The notes: generated by a model from the sequence alone, not told the origin. Positions 14,254 through 28,246 are shown, counted from the stretch's first letter. The stretch: DNA of 64,000 nt from Octopus bimaculoides (GCF_001194135.2 NC_068990.1:70033820-70097819), one strand, 5' to 3'. Translations and numbers: made by a program.

Positions 14254-16101
14254 CACAGTGTTCATAAATTATCTTTACAATTTCCACAATTTATTGTCTT
14301 GTATTGTCTAGGTGTGTTGCATGCAACCAATGGAGCCCATGTGGAAGCATTCAGATATTTCTATTAAAAATTTGTTTTTCTATAAACTCAACTGAATTAT
14401 CTTTATTTAAAAATTTTTTTTGAATTTTTCAAATTCTAAAAGTAATTTATTTATATAAATATGTATACATATATAAATTTGTATACATACGTGCATACAC
14501 ACACACTCGCGCACACATGCAACAGGCTTCTTTCAGTTTCTGTCTATTGAATCTACTGACAAGGCTTTGACCAACTTACAGCTATAAAAGAAGACATTTG
14601 CTCAAGGTGCCATGCAGTGGAACTGAACCTAAAATCATGTAGATGGAAAGCAAACTTAACCATACAGCCAAGCCTAAACCAGTTAAATATCTCTTAGAAA
14701 AATATGGAATCACTTTGAATTAAATGTTTGTCATTTTCTTTCTGCAACAGAAAAAAAAAGAGCCTGAGAAATTATCAAAACCCAAATCCCATGTTGTGTT
14801 TTGGGGAGTTATTTTTATTTTCTTTGCTTTTTTTGTTTGCTACTGAATTCAAAAAATCCTTTGTTATTATTATTATTATTAGTAATAATAATAATAACAA
14901 TAATAATACGTGCACCCTACAGTCAACTTGGATGAGCATCTGGGGGGAATTTATTTATTTCTTTATTGTTCAAGTGAGTGTATATTGTTGAAAGTTAATG
15001 AGTAAATAAATACACAGAGACAAAAATGCATTGAAGCATTCTCTAGCAGAAATTTTGATTCCATGTGAGACAAATAAATTGCATCAAAACATATGCAGCA
15101 TTTTTCTCAAATTTCTTGCATGGTTAATTTGTAGGAATCTTAGAGATAAAAGAAGGTGTTACCTTGATGATAAAAAAGAACACCTTTTTTGTTTTGTTTT
15201 ATCATTATCTCCCTAGAAACGTGATATTTAACCCATAGTTTGTGAGAGGACCTTCTTAGATTCAAATGGTAAGCAGTCAAGTAAGAATGGTGCAGGCTAT
15301 GTAAATGTCTAAAGAATTAGAGTTTCCAATATTGAGAAGGGGTTTCCAATTGGCAACCAGTTCTCAAAATAAAAGATTGCATCTCATATTTTGCTACTTA
15401 GTTTTGCAAAAGGAATACAGGATCACTGTTGACAAGTTGCTGATACATGAGTTTATTCATTTCTTTCATCTAATGTCTGTTTTCCAGTGCTAGCATGACA
15501 TAGATGAAAATAGATTTGAGGCAGGATTTTTACAGCAGGTATACTCTTTGTGTCTCCAACCCTTACCTGTTTTTCAAGAGATTTTTATTCCAGAGGTCTC
15601 TGAAAGTGTATAGCTGGTGGATGATTTGTTGAAGGGTGATGTCAACAAATTTCACTAGTAGTAGCCCAAACACACTGTTAGCATGTCAAGCAAANNNNNN
15701 NNNNNNNNNNNNNNNNNNNNNNNNNNNNNNNNNNNNNNNNNNNNNNNNNNNNNNNNNNNNNNNNNNNNNNNNNNNNNNNNNNNNNNNNNNNNNNNNNNNN
15801 NNNNNNNNNNNNGTCGATAAATTAAGTACCAGTGAAACACTGGAGTCGATGTAATTGACTAGCCCCATCCCCCAAAATTTCAGGCCTTGTGCCTTCAGTA
15901 GAAAGGATTATTATCATCATTATATGTTTGGCTTTTGCTTTGTATTTGTACAAGTTGACTCCAAGTCTNNNNNNNNNNNNNNNNNNNNNNNNNNNNNNNN
16001 NNNNNNNNNNNNNNNNNNNNNNNNNNNNNNNNNNNNNNNNNNNNNNNNATCATTATTATTTTGTTGTCATTTTATTAATATTGCTGTTGTTGTTTTTGCA
16101 G

Positions 16102-16461
16102 TTTGCCGTGGTACAAGTCAGAAGCTGACGCATTCTGGCTCAGCAATGTTCAGATATGATTCACTACGGAGAAAATACACGAACTGTACATATATTGAAG
16201 GCAACTTGGAAATTGTTTTTCTCAATAACAAGTCAATTAAATATGACTTGTCATTCCTAGAGACTATCAGGGAAATTACTGGTTATGTTCTAATAATTGA
16301 CGTTTATGCGGACTACATCCCCCTAACTAATCTTCAGATTATACGCGGAAGGGAACTTTTTAAACATAAAGAAAGTGACTACAGTTTATTTGTAGCAAGT
16401 AACTACGAAAGAGGAACTAAAAAAGTTGGTCTGAAGGAACTACGTTTCAAATCACTTGGAG
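16102..16461 (+). CDS. EGFR: EGFR exon A, receptor L1 domain (V)CRGTSQKL...ELRFKSLG
   Basis: TTTTTGCAG acceptor, G|GTAAGT donor, 360 nt, phase 1-1; YTNCTYIEGNLEI, LSFLETIREITGYVLI, NLQIIRG. Confidence 0.96.
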
Positions 16462-17489
16462 GTAAGTCTTAATTTATTTATTTCAAAAGAGCATCTCTTT
16501 TTTTTATTGCAGTGAAAAGTTTCTGTCTTCAAGGGTATCACAAAAGGCCTGGTTGGAGGCTCAACCTTCCAAGTTCTTTTACAGTGCTGAAGGACTCCTG
16601 CAATTAGTGTGTGAATTTGATGAATAAATTCATAATTAACTTATCCTCCTGTATTTTCTTTTACACAAAGCCAGAAATTGTTCAGTACCTTCTCATAATG
16701 TTGTGGCTGTGAGTTTTAATAATTTCTCAATCACTTTCACATCTTGCTAGTCACCTTCATAACTATGTGTGGTACATGCCTGGAATATCTATGATCATTG
16801 GTCTACTCAATCAGAGTTGACTTAAAAATAAAGAACAATGATGATGACAATGAAAATGATGGCAATTATTGACACTGAAGACACCAATGATGATGACAAA
16901 TGACAGCAATGGTTTGTGACAATTTTCAAATGCGTTTTAATGTGATTCAAATTATTTTAGTTGTTTGTAATAAGAAATATAGTTCTAAACCAAAATATAT
17001 TACAAAGATTCTGTTTTCTTTTTTTATATTCCATAGTGGCCGTTGCCAGTATCGCCTGACTGGCCTTCGTGCAGGTGACATATAAAAGCACCTACTACAC
17101 TCTCTGAGTGGTTGGCATTAGGAAGGGCANNNNNNNNNNNNNNNNNNNNNNNNNNNNNNNNNNNNNNNNNNNNNNNNNNNNNNNNNNNNNNNNNNNNNNN
17201 NNNNNNNNNNNNNNNNNNNNNNNNNNNNNNNNNNNNNNNNNNNNNNNNGATGATGATGATATTGGACATTTTGACAAATTTTGGCTATTAAATAGGAATC
17301 ATTTAATTTATTTCTAAAAGCTGGACATTATTTCTGTTTCAAATGATTGAATAACAAAATAAAAGTGGGATTTACTTCCTGGAATTCTCTACAATAACAA
17401 TCTGACAAAGTTTTAACTTGTATCTTTTAATATTCATCATCTGTGAAGAATTATTGCCGTTCATGTATTTCATAGAGAGAGAACATATC

Positions 17490-17711
17490 TGTTGGTTGGA
17501 TTGTGATCCAATATGGATGATGGGATTATCTGAGAGAAACTTCTCTCCAGTGTACTACCCACAGGAAAGAATCCAGCTAGGAGATCACAGGGTACACTGC
17601 AAAGAATATAGAAAGATTAACTTGAAGGCACTTTTGATTAACCCTAACACCTGGAAGATATTAATCTCCAATGAAGGTGCCTGAAGACAGATTCTGCTGA
17701 AACGGCTGTAC
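17490..17711 (+). mobile_element. Degenerate RTE LINE C-terminal coding remnant
   Basis: Frameshifted W-L-x-x-V..MDDG..KLL.S.LPTGK, NLKAL.INPNTW, EDR pattern. Confidence 0.5.
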
Positions 17712-17980
17712 TAGACTGAAAAAAGCTTCTCTCCACCCTGTACAAACTTACACACACACACACACATGCGCTTGGTCCAAAGACCATAAANNNNNNNNNN
17801 ACAAACTTACACACACACACACACATGCGCTTGGTCCAAAGACCATAAAAACCAGTTCTACTAGAAATAACTTGATACATTTTAGAATGTTTTAGAATAT
17901 ATATAATACATTTTTGTATTTTTTATTCTATTTAGAATATTGTACAGTGTGTGTGTGTATGTATATACACACACATAAAT

Positions 17981-18020
<40 letters not shown>

Positions 18021-18063
18021 NNNNNNNNNNNNNNNNNNNNNNNNNNNNNNNNNNNNNNNNNNN

Positions 18064-18107
<44 letters not shown>

Positions 18108-20067
18108 CAGTGTTTTAAAAATATATTTCCATGTTATTATGAGTGGAATATATTTCAGATGCAGGATAAAAAGACATTGTTTTTACAGGTGGATGCTCTT
18201 CCTATGAACTGTTAAACCTTCATCTTTAAAATAAGGTCTAGCTCTTGTTATTTTTTTCACCTGTCAAGTAAACTAGAGCAAATAGAGTTGTGTGCCTTGC
18301 TCAGAGACACAAGACAATAGCCACATCAGTAATATTTGAACATATCATGATATGATCTCTAAACTAACTCGTTAACCTCTCAGTCTGGGTTTAGTTTCAA
18401 ATACTAGTTAAAATGATTCTTCTCTACCACCATCACCACCACCGCTATCATCAGCATCATCATAACTAGTCGANNNNNNNNNNTACCACCATCACCACCA
18501 CCGCTATCATCAGCATCATCATAACTAGTCGATTTTCTACTTTACCATAATAGTAAGGTGCTCCAAGAATTCTTTATTCCCTTCAGATTTCTTTATTCAT
18601 GTTTATTTATTCTGATCCATTTATTTAAGCTAAACAAACAACTTCATGCACATGGCCTTCCCTAGTGACCAGTTATTGTTAGGAAAATAATCATTTCTGG
18701 ATAAATCTTGGCTGGATTGGAAGTTTGAATTTTAAATCAAAGAACAAAAAAGAAAATGAAGAGAAAATATATCTTATCTTTTTTTTTTTTTTTNNNNNNN
18801 NNNNNNNNNNNNNNNNNNNNNNNNNNNNNNNNNNNNNNNNNNNNNNAGCTTGCTTCCCAACCACATGATTCCAGGTTCAGTCCCACTGCATGGCATGTGT
18901 GTGTGTGTGTGTTTCTGTGTTTGTCCCCCACCATCACTTGACAACCGATGTTGGTATATTTACATCCCCATAACTTAACAGTTTGGCAAAAGAGACTGAT
19001 AGAATAAGTACTAGNNNNNNNNNNTTTGGCAAAAGAGACTGATAGAATAAGTACTAGGCTTATAAAGAATAAGTTGGTTTGTTCAACTAAAGGTGGTGCC
19101 TCAGCCTGGCTGCAGTCAAATGACTGAAACAAGTAAAAGAATAAAAGAATAGTGCCATTTCATAACTCTACAATAAATATTCATTAGTCTCCACCAGTTT
19201 GTTTTAACAGAGTTCTTAATGTCCATTCTTATTCCATAGCCTTATTTACTTCTTTGTTAAAAATTAAGCCATTAAACTCTTCATGAACCATGTCTATTCA
19301 TAGAATCAGCACATTATTTTCTCATTTCTTCAAGTTGTACTGATGAAAGAGAATTTTCTCTTTGGTTAGGGCACCACACTAATGTTGGTTTCAAATTTTG
19401 GCACAAGACCAGAGATCTTGAGAGGAGAAAATTTAACTGATTTCTCCACATCAGTACTTGACTGGTTCTTTCTTTTATTAACCCCAGAAGGATGAAAAGC
19501 AAAGTTGACCTCAGCAGTATTTTAACTCTGAACATGAAGAGCTGGAAGAAATGTTAAAATGTTCTAACAATTCGGCTANNNNNNNNNNGAACATGAAGAG
19601 CTGGAAGAAATGTTAAAATGTTCTAACAATTCGGCTAGCTAATAATCCTTTCTATTATTGGTACAAGACCTAAAATTTGTGGCAAATCGACCCCAGGACT
19701 TATTCTTTGGAAGCCTAGTACTTATTCTATNNNNNNNNNNNNNNNNNNNNNNNNNNNNNNNNNNNNNNNNNNNNNNNNNNNNNNNNNNNNNNNNNNNNNN
19801 NNNNNNNNNNNNNNNNNNNNNNNNNNNNNNNNNNNNNNNNNNNNNNNNNNNNNNNNNNNNNNNNNNNNNNNNNNNNNNNNNNNNNNNNNNNNNNNNNNNN
19901 NNNNNNNNNNNNNNNNNNNNNNNNNNNNNNNNNNNNNNNNNNNNNNNNNNNNNNNNNNNNNNNNNNNNNNNNNNNNNNNNNNNNNNNNNNNNNNNNNNNN
20001 NNNNNNNNNNTGTGGTTGTTAAGCAAGCTACTTACCACACAGCCACTCCTACGCCTATGTGTGCAAC

Positions 20068-20158
20068 GCTTACGGCACCTAGGTTTCCCAAGCGGTCACC
20101 CATCTAAGTACTCACCAGGCTCGATGTTGCTTAACTTCGGTGATCGGACGAGAACCGG
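20068..20158 (-). pseudogene. 5'-truncated 5S rRNA copy (about nt 28 to the 3' end)
   Basis: Minus strand CCGGTTCTCGTCCGATCACCGAAGTTAAGCAAC...GTACTTAGATGGGTGACCGCTTGGGAA...GGTGCCGTAAGC matches the animal 5S sequence as I recall it; no oligo-T terminator. Confidence 0.88.
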
Positions 20159-21572
20159 AGGGATGGTTATGGTTGAAATGCCTTTCATTATAGATTTGTT
20201 AGATCAGAGCTGACCTAATTAAAACAAAAACAAGTTTATATTTCAAGCCTATCGTCATATGTGTAATTGTCCTCTATTCACCTTCCATAATATGGCCAGG
20301 CTATTTTTATTATTATTATTAATATTATCATTAAACTAGTGAGCTAACAGAATCATTAGCATGCTGGACGAAATGCTTAGTGGTATTTTGCCCATCACTA
20401 TATTCTGAGTTCAAATTCTGCCTAGGTTGATTTGTCTTTCATCCTTTTGAGAATTGATAAAACAAGTACCAGTTGAGCACTNNNNNNNNNNTGTCTTTCA
20501 TCCTTTTGAGAATTGATAAAACAAGTACCAGTTGAGCACTGGATTTGATGTAATCTTTCCTCCAAAATGTCAGGTCTTGTGCCTATAATAGAAAGGGCTA
20601 TGGTGAGCTGGCAGAATCATTAGCACACCAGATAAAATGCTTAGCGGCATTTTGCCCCATTGCTATATTCTGAGTTCAAATTCCGCCATGGTCAACTTTG
20701 CCTTTCATCCTTTTGGAGTCCATAAATTAAGTTCCAGTGAAGCATTGGGGTCGATATAATTGACTATTCCTCTCCCACAAAATTTCAGGCCATGTGCCTA
20801 TAATAGAAAAAATTATTATTATTCAACTTTACGCTGAAAGTCTGGCCGGTAACGTATTTTTCTGCATTATATGGACAATTTATCCTAATCACGCTATTTA
20901 TAGCATTATCATGCGTTTGAGAAATAAATTTATTTCTNNNNNNNNNNGCTATTTATAGCATTATCATGCGTTTGAGAAATAAATTTATTTCTGTATTATT
21001 ATTATTATTATTTCATCGTAAGGGGGTGAGCTGGACAAAATTCTCTGCAGCATGTTGCCTCCCTTTACATTCTGGGTTCAAATCCTGCCAAGGTCAACAT
21101 TGCCTTGCATCATCTTGGGGTTGATAGAATAAGTACAAGTGAGCTCTGGGCTCATTGTAATCAACTAACCTGTCTCCACTCTAAGCTTTCAGGCTTTGTG
21201 CTTCTTGTAGAAAGAACTATTATTCATTTTTTTAATATTCACTTTTGCATGTTTGCATGGGTTAGATGGAATTTATTAAAGCAGATTATCTATGGCCAGA
21301 TGCTTGAAATGTTGCCAACACAAACACTCACTGACATATATATACAATAGGCTTCTTTCAGTTTCCATCTACCAAATCTACTTACAAGGTTTTGATTGGC
21401 CCCGGGCTATAGTAGACAACGCATTTGCCCAAGGTTCCACATAGTGAGACTGAACCTGAGACCACATGGTTGAGAAACAAACTTCTCAACCACACAGCTA
21501 CACTTGCACCTATTATTATTTTATATTAATCATTTAACCTTTATTCTTTTTCTTTTTTTTACTTTATTCCAG

Positions 21573-21710
21573 AAATCCTAAATGGAAAAGTTGCTTTCAT
21601 GAACAACAATTTGCTGTGTTATGAAATGACCATTAATTGGACGGATATTAACCCAACATCGGATCCTCCAGCTGAATTTTTCTTTGCTTCTGACTTTGAC
21701 AGACGAAAAT
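21573..21710 (+). CDS. EGFR: EGFR exon B, end of L1 (E)ILNGKVAFMNNNLLCYEMTINWTDI...
   Basis: Pyrimidine tract + CCAG, GTAAGT donor, 138 nt, phase 1-1. Confidence 0.93.
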
Positions 21711-22435
21711 GTAAGTACTCTTTTCATTTCCATTATTTCATGATATCATATTGACTTATATGGTGCAATATTGATATATAATATATATGCTTACAGTATA
21801 TATTATTTTCATAGCTAACTGGATGTCTGATGTATTTTTACAATAATACATACACGCATAAATATGTATTTATATTCTCTTCCATTTTCCATTATTTAAA
21901 GTCTTTTTCTTAGGAAAAAGTTGGTTTCTAACAAAAATGCAAAGCTCAATCATTGAAATATAAATAGCAAAAACAAATCTACAGTTTGAGCTTGAGAAAA
22001 GTCTTGCACATTTTTACTGTTCTGCTTGCAGATTGTATTTTTAATATATGTATATGCATGCATATAGATAGATAGACACTTAGACGCTTGTATTGAACAG
22101 TGAGAAAGTGTGTTCGACACTGAATTGGTGGGTAACTATACTTTATTTGTGGCTAACAATGCACCCAATAGTACCATCTGGAAGAAATCCCCACAATTGT
22201 TCAACTAAACCACATGGGAATGCTATTACTCATCTCCATTTTCAATGAGAATATATATGCATATAGTTTTCATGAAGCAATGTCTGATATATATAAATGA
22301 TATTAATTTTTTTTTTTAGCCAAAACCATGCAATTATTAATAATATAGGTCAATGATTAGTAGTTTTACATTTCCATGTTTCAAGAAATCTTCAAAGAAA
22401 AGGTGTTGTGAGCTGACTTCAACTTTTCTCCAGAG

Positions 22436-22475
22436 ATTTCCTGAAGAAGGGTTCCTAACCCCAAAATATTGAAAT
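22436..22475 (+). ncRNA. Degenerate minimal hammerhead motif (GAAA changed to AAAA)
   Basis: AUUUC-CUGAAGA-A-GGGUU(CCU)AACCC-C-AAAA-UAUU-GAAAU; stem I AUUUC/GAAAU perfect. Confidence 0.55.
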
Positions 22476-22912
22476 GCCGGGTAATAATACAAACCATTGA
22501 CCTGTATTTTTAATACCTTGCACTGTTTTTGCTTTAAAATAAAATAAAATCATTTGTGTGTGTGTGTGTAGAATACTTTAGATGTGATAATGAATGATAT
22601 AATANNNNNNNNNNGTGTGTGTGTGTGTAGAATACTTTAGATGTGATAATGAATGATATAATACTACAAACAATCTCTTTAATTTAAAAGGAATATATTT
22701 TAGAGTCTTATGTAGGTTATTATCAAAGCTGAGGTTGTCTAATTTATATATACATTTCATCATCTTTTAATGCCCATTTTCTAATGGTTGCTTTGGTTGG
22801 ATATGAGGGAGGATCCAATGAGTCTGAGGACTGCATCATACTCCAGTGTCTACTCAGGCATGATTTCTATGACTGGATACCTTTTCTAATGCCAACCACT
22901 TCACAGAGGGCA

Positions 22913-22948
<36 letters not shown>

Positions 22949-23869
22949 NNNNNNNNNNGTGTGTGTGTGTGTGTGTATGTGGTACCAACACTAGTGAGAT
23001 TCACTTTGCAGCATACAAGACTAATATGGGTATATATGTATGTGTGTATGTATATATATATGTGTGTGTGTATGTATATANNNNNNNNNNNNNNNNNNNN
23101 NNNNNNNNNNNNNNNNNNNNNNNNNNNNNNNNNNNNNNNNNNNNNNNNNNNNNNNNNNNNNNNNNNNATATATATATATATATTGAACTCTATGAAAGTG
23201 ACTCATAAGTGGTGGTGGTGTTGTCACTTCTCCTGTCAGTAAATCAACTGCTTGCCTTCTGCCTTTGAAGTTGTGTGAAATAAAAGATCCTTTACTTGCA
23301 AAACATGTAAGGGTTAGTGATAGGAAGAACATCTAGCTGTAAAACAAGGCCTCAATAATGTATATGTCAAATCCATGCTAGCATGGAAAAAATGAATGTA
23401 AAACAAATGAGATATACATACACACACACACACACACACATATCTATAATCCTCCACTTCAGTTTGCAATGAGTTCAAGAAATGCTGAAAGGATAGAGAT
23501 TTTGGTCAAGTAGTACAAACACTGCCAAAGAGAACTTTGTTCTTCTTGAGAATTTTCTGCTAATTTCCTCCACCATTTTCTTGATTATTAAACATGACAA
23601 TAATTCAGACGATCCCAACAGAGCTAAAACATTTCACTGCTACAATATTAATTACAAGATCTTTCTGTATTTTATATTTAACAAGACAAAACTATGTTGT
23701 ATACAATTGATATAAAGTAACATGTGGTGACATTCACTTTATATACATTTTGATAATTATATGTACTTTATATACATTTTCTTACTGGCATTCCATTGGT
23801 TACAATGACAAGGGTTCCAANNNNNNNNNNATACATTTTCTTACTGGCATTCCATTGGTTACAATGACA

Positions 23870-24208
23870 AGGGTTCCAATCAATGTAACAGTCCACCCAT
23901 GAAATTTTCATGCAAGTGACTAAGCACTCCAGAGGTGCACATACCCTTAATGTAGTTCTCAGGGAGATTCAGCATGACACAGAATATNNNNNNNNNNTAC
24001 CCTTAATGTAGTTCTCAGGGAGATTCAGCATGACACAGAATATGACATGGCTGGCCCCTTTAATTACAGGTACAAAGTCATTTTTGCCAGTTGATTGAAC
24101 TGGTGCAATGTGAAATAAAGTGTCTTGTTCAAGGATACAACATACCATCAGGAATTGAACTCACAACCTTATGACTGTGAGCCAAGTACCCCTAACCACA
24201 AAGCCACT
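23870..24208 (-). mobile_element. Third tRNA-headed SINE family
   Basis: Minus-strand head GTGGCTTTGTGGTTAGGGG...GAGTTCAATTCC, CCTTGAACAAGACAC; related copy at about 47690-47895. Confidence 0.55.
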
Positions 24209-24389
24209 TTATATATGCCTTGGTGATTGATTATATGCACTTTGTATGCACCTTGATGATTAAATGCACTCTGAATACATTTTGATGATGACCTGCACTT
24301 TATATACACCTTGGCAATTATATTCACTCTATATATACACTTGTGATTATATGCACTTTATATACCCTTGGTGGTGACATGCACTTTAT
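24205..24389. repeat. About 29-bp minisatellite, about 6 units
   Basis: CACTTT/CACTCT unit starts at 24205, 24238, 24267, 24296, 24325, 24354, 24382. Confidence 0.8.
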
Positions 24390-24556
24390 GGTTACATAAA
24401 AATTGCATATAGCTTGCATATGTACTAATGGTTTTGCTTATGTTCGCACTTTATTTTCTAATCAGATTCTGTTTATGTAATGAGTCTTAAAGTTAATTAA
24501 ATAGTTAAATACTGAATTTTGTTCCAGTCTGACTTTATATGTTCTTATATTTTTAG

Positions 24557-24640
24557 GTAAACCCTGTCATCATAGCTGTTACCATAATAGCACAAACAAG
24601 CTGAATTGTTGGGGTGCAGGACCAGACATGTGCCAAAAAT
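24557..24640 (+). CDS. EGFR: EGFR exon C, furin-like CR1 (C)KPCHHSC...CWGAGPDMCQK
   Basis: TTTTTAG acceptor, GTAAGG donor, 84 nt, phase 1-1. Confidence 0.92.
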
Positions 24641-24870
24641 GTAAGGGACTTCAAGCTTATCTTATTTAAATATCCTTTTGAATAACACCTAAAGGTTAAT
24701 CCATAAATGCCTAATACAAACTTGTAGTTATTTTGTGGGGTGGAGTAGTGGGTTTGTGTTGTTTCTTTACTGACAAAAATCTAGCATTAGAAATCATATG
24801 TGACTTATCTGCCAAACATTGGTTTGGCTTCCAGATTTGCAGTGCACAGTAACACACATGCATGCACGTC

Positions 24871-24909
<39 letters not shown>

Positions 24910-24947
24910 NNNNNNNNNNNNNNNNNNNNNNNNNNNNNNNNNNNNNN

Positions 24948-24983
<36 letters not shown>

Positions 24984-26587
24984 TGGGTTCACCATGTCAC
25001 TGCTCAGTCTTTACAAATATGGATAGTGTAAACAAATATGGATGTTATAAAAGAATGGATATTATAAANNNNNNNNNNTGGATAGTGTAAACAAATATGG
25101 ATGTTATAAAAGAATGGATATTATAAATGAATATGGACATTATAAACAAATATAGATATTGTAAGCAAATATGTTTGATGAGATTGCCTGCCAAAAACAA
25201 AACTAAGTCAGATATGTGTGAAACAGGCACAGCTCTTTACTGGCTGGCTGTAACCCTCATGTCCATCCCATACTACACACATTGTTTGTGAGTCGAAAAT
25301 GGCAATTTAAAAGCATCTGTTTGTTCTGGCAGCAGAGGTCACAGAAATATGTCACTCTAGTATTTGTGGTTCCAGAATTTTCTTAGAATATATTTCACTT
25401 AAATGATTGCATTCAAACATGTAAGCATGGATGTGTGGTTTAGAAGTTTGCTTCTCAACCACATGGTTTTAAGTTCAGTCCCACTGTGTAGCACCTTGGA
25501 CAAGCCTTCTACTATAGCCCTGGGTTGACCAAAGTTTTGTGAGTAAATTTGATAAACTGGAAACTAAATGAAGCTTGTCATATATATATATATNNNNNNN
25601 NNNNNNNNNNNNNNNNNNNNNNNNNNNNNNNNNNNNNNNNNNNNNNNNNNNNNNNNNNNNNNNNNNNNNNNNNNNNNNNNNNNNNNNNNNNNNNNNNNNN
25701 NNNNNNNNNNNNNNNNNNNNNNNNNNNNNNNNNNNNNNNNNNNNNNNNNNNNNNNNNNNNNNNNNNNNNNNNNNNNNNNNNNNNNNNNNNNNNNNNNNNN
25801 NNNNNNNNNNNNNNNNNNNNNNNNNNNNNNNNNNNNNNNNNNNNNNNNNNNNNNNNNNNNNNNNNNNNNNNNNNNNNNNNNNNNNNNNNNNNNNNNNNNN
25901 NNNNNNNNNNNNNNNNNNNNNNNNNNNNNNNNNNNNNNNNNNNNNNNNNNNNNNNNNNNNNNNNNNNNNNNNNNNNNNNNNNNNNNNNNNNNNNNNNNNN
26001 NNNNNNNNNNNNNNNNNNNNNNNNNNNNNNNNNNNNNNNNNNNNNNNNNNNNNNNNNNNNNNNNNNNNNNNNNNNNNNNNNNNNNNNNNNNNNNNNNNNN
26101 NNNNNNNNNNNNNNNNNNNNNNNNNNNNNNNNNNNNNNNNNNNNNNNNNNNNNNNNNNNNNNNNNNNNNNNNNNNNNNNNNNNNNNNNNNNNNNNNNNNN
26201 NNNNNNNNNNNNNNNNNNNNNNNNNNNNNNNNNNNNNNNNNNNNNNNNNNNNNNNNNNNNNNNNNNNNNNNNNNNNNNNNNNNNNNNNNNNNNNNNNNNN
26301 NNNNNNNNNNNNNNNNNNNNNNNNNNNNNNNNNNNNNNNNNNNNNNNNNNNNNNNNNNNNNNNNNNNATATATATATATATATATACTTGTGAAACAGTT
26401 AAGTATTGATGAGGGAACGCATTCATTCATAAAATCATGCCTCAAATAATGCTTCATCATGGAAGAATACATAATAAACATCTAAATTAGGTTAAGAGTA
26501 TAATCTCTTTTTGAGAAATGTTTTAAATTTTGAATATTTTTGTCATTCCTTCCAGTAAAAATTTTTATATTCGTTTTGTTGCTTTAG

Positions 26588-26709
26588 TAAGCCAGGGTGC
26601 TGTGTGCAGTGCTTCCTGTGACAACCGGTGTTTCGGTAAACTACCAAACCAATGTTGCCATGCTGAATGTGCTGGTGGATGTACTGGACCCAAGAATACT
26701 GATTGTTTG
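26588..26709 (+). CDS. EGFR: EGFR exon D, CR1 (L)[14 protein letters not shown]...[19 protein letters not shown]
   Basis: TTTAG acceptor, GTATGT donor, 122 nt, phase 1-0. Confidence 0.95.
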
Positions 26710-28104
26710 GTATGTAACTATACTCCAGCTTTCTCATTGTATATGTGCAATTGTGTGTGCGGGTCGAGATTATTGATGAGAAGCTGTGTGTTGAAACATT
26801 TTCTCTTTTGAAAGTATCATCCAATGTTGATGTATGTGTTTTTATTTGCAGAATGATTTTTCTAGTATTCATATCTTTCAGTCTAGCAGGAAGGCAGTAC
26901 CCATGACCCATTATAGGGCCTCTGAGACTACTGAGAGGAAGGGAAGGCAGATGGTGTCTTCAAACTGGATGCCTCATTTGAGTGCTCTCAACAGAGTAGA
27001 CTCCACTAAAGACATTCATGGTGCCAGGTGGCAGGATCGAACTGAGTGACAAGTTAAATCTACCACCTGTGTAGGCTATGGCAGGATTTGAACACAGAAC
27101 ACAAAGACTCAGAGCAAATGCTGCAAAGCATCTGGTCCAACATTTTTGCTATTCCACCAAACCACTATCTGGAGTGTTTCTGTTCTGTTTTGTTTTTATC
27201 ACCATTCCTGAAAGGATGACAGGCAAAGTTAACATCAATAGGATTTAAACCAATAATGTAAAGACCCAGAACAAATATCACAAAGCAATCTCCCCAACAC
27301 TCTAACAATTCTTCCAGTTGAATCTTATCAACCACAAATACAGAATTTGCTCTAGGCATACAATATATATGCATAACCATCCATGTATTATGTTTATACA
27401 CTATTGAAAGGCATGATGCTGTGGTTTTCATCCAAGATAAAATCTTTTCAAGGACTTGTGTTAAAAGCAATATGTATCAGAGAGATATTAAAAATTATTC
27501 ATGAGAAAGCCAGATGCATTTCAGCCGTCTTGAGCCTTATCAAAAATGTATACTTGCAGTTACTCATCTGGATGGAATCTGTTCCCTCCAATATATAAGA
27601 AACAGTGAATAATGCATTCACTGATATTGCAAATAGCTACCAAGTGGAATAAAAGTATGTTCTGTAAATAGAGACTGCTCTACCAGTTTAAAAACTTTGT
27701 GCCTGCCACAAAACCTTAACTGTGCACTCGTCTTTCACTTCTTATGTTAAGTCTCTCTGAATCTCCCTCCCCCCCCCACTCCCTGTACAATGTAAAGCAG
27801 GACAAAAGATATCAACCAACAACCAACCAACACTAATGTCAGCTATTATTATACAGAGATGATTTTTGTTTTCTCTCTCTCACAGTGTGTGGCATTTTTC
27901 TATTCATTGCCACCCACTAAGCATTCATTCTGTACCTGTTAGGCTAACTCTGTGTCTGTCCTTTACTCTTTCTTTCTTTTCGCTATCTTTATGCTGTAAA
28001 CCATGAGTGGGAAAATCAGTCATCCAACCAACCAACCAACATTTATATCAGCTGTTATTATATAAAAAACAAACCAAATGCTTTTTTTTTTCTCCTTATT
28101 GTAG

Positions 28105-28246
28105 GCTTGTCGAAGATTCAAGAATGAAGGCGAATGTGTTGCTTTTTGTCCTCCTATGACAAAATATAATGCCGTTACATTTGAGATGGAAAAGAATCCA
28201 AACTACAAATATTCTTATGGATCTCTTTGTGTTAAGAATTGTCCAA
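28105..28246 (+). CDS. EGFR: EGFR exon E, CR1 ACRRFKNEGEC...KYSYGSLCVKNCP
   Basis: TGTAG acceptor, GTGAGT donor, 142 nt, phase 0-1. Confidence 0.95.

Noticed and set aside
17681-17711. CUGAAGA...GAAA hammerhead-like string
   Set aside because: Extra bases before GAAA and no UH triplet in register; explained as the decayed RTE coding end (EDR..W).
19340-19364. CUGAUGA followed by a hairpin
   Set aside because: No GAAA after the stem.
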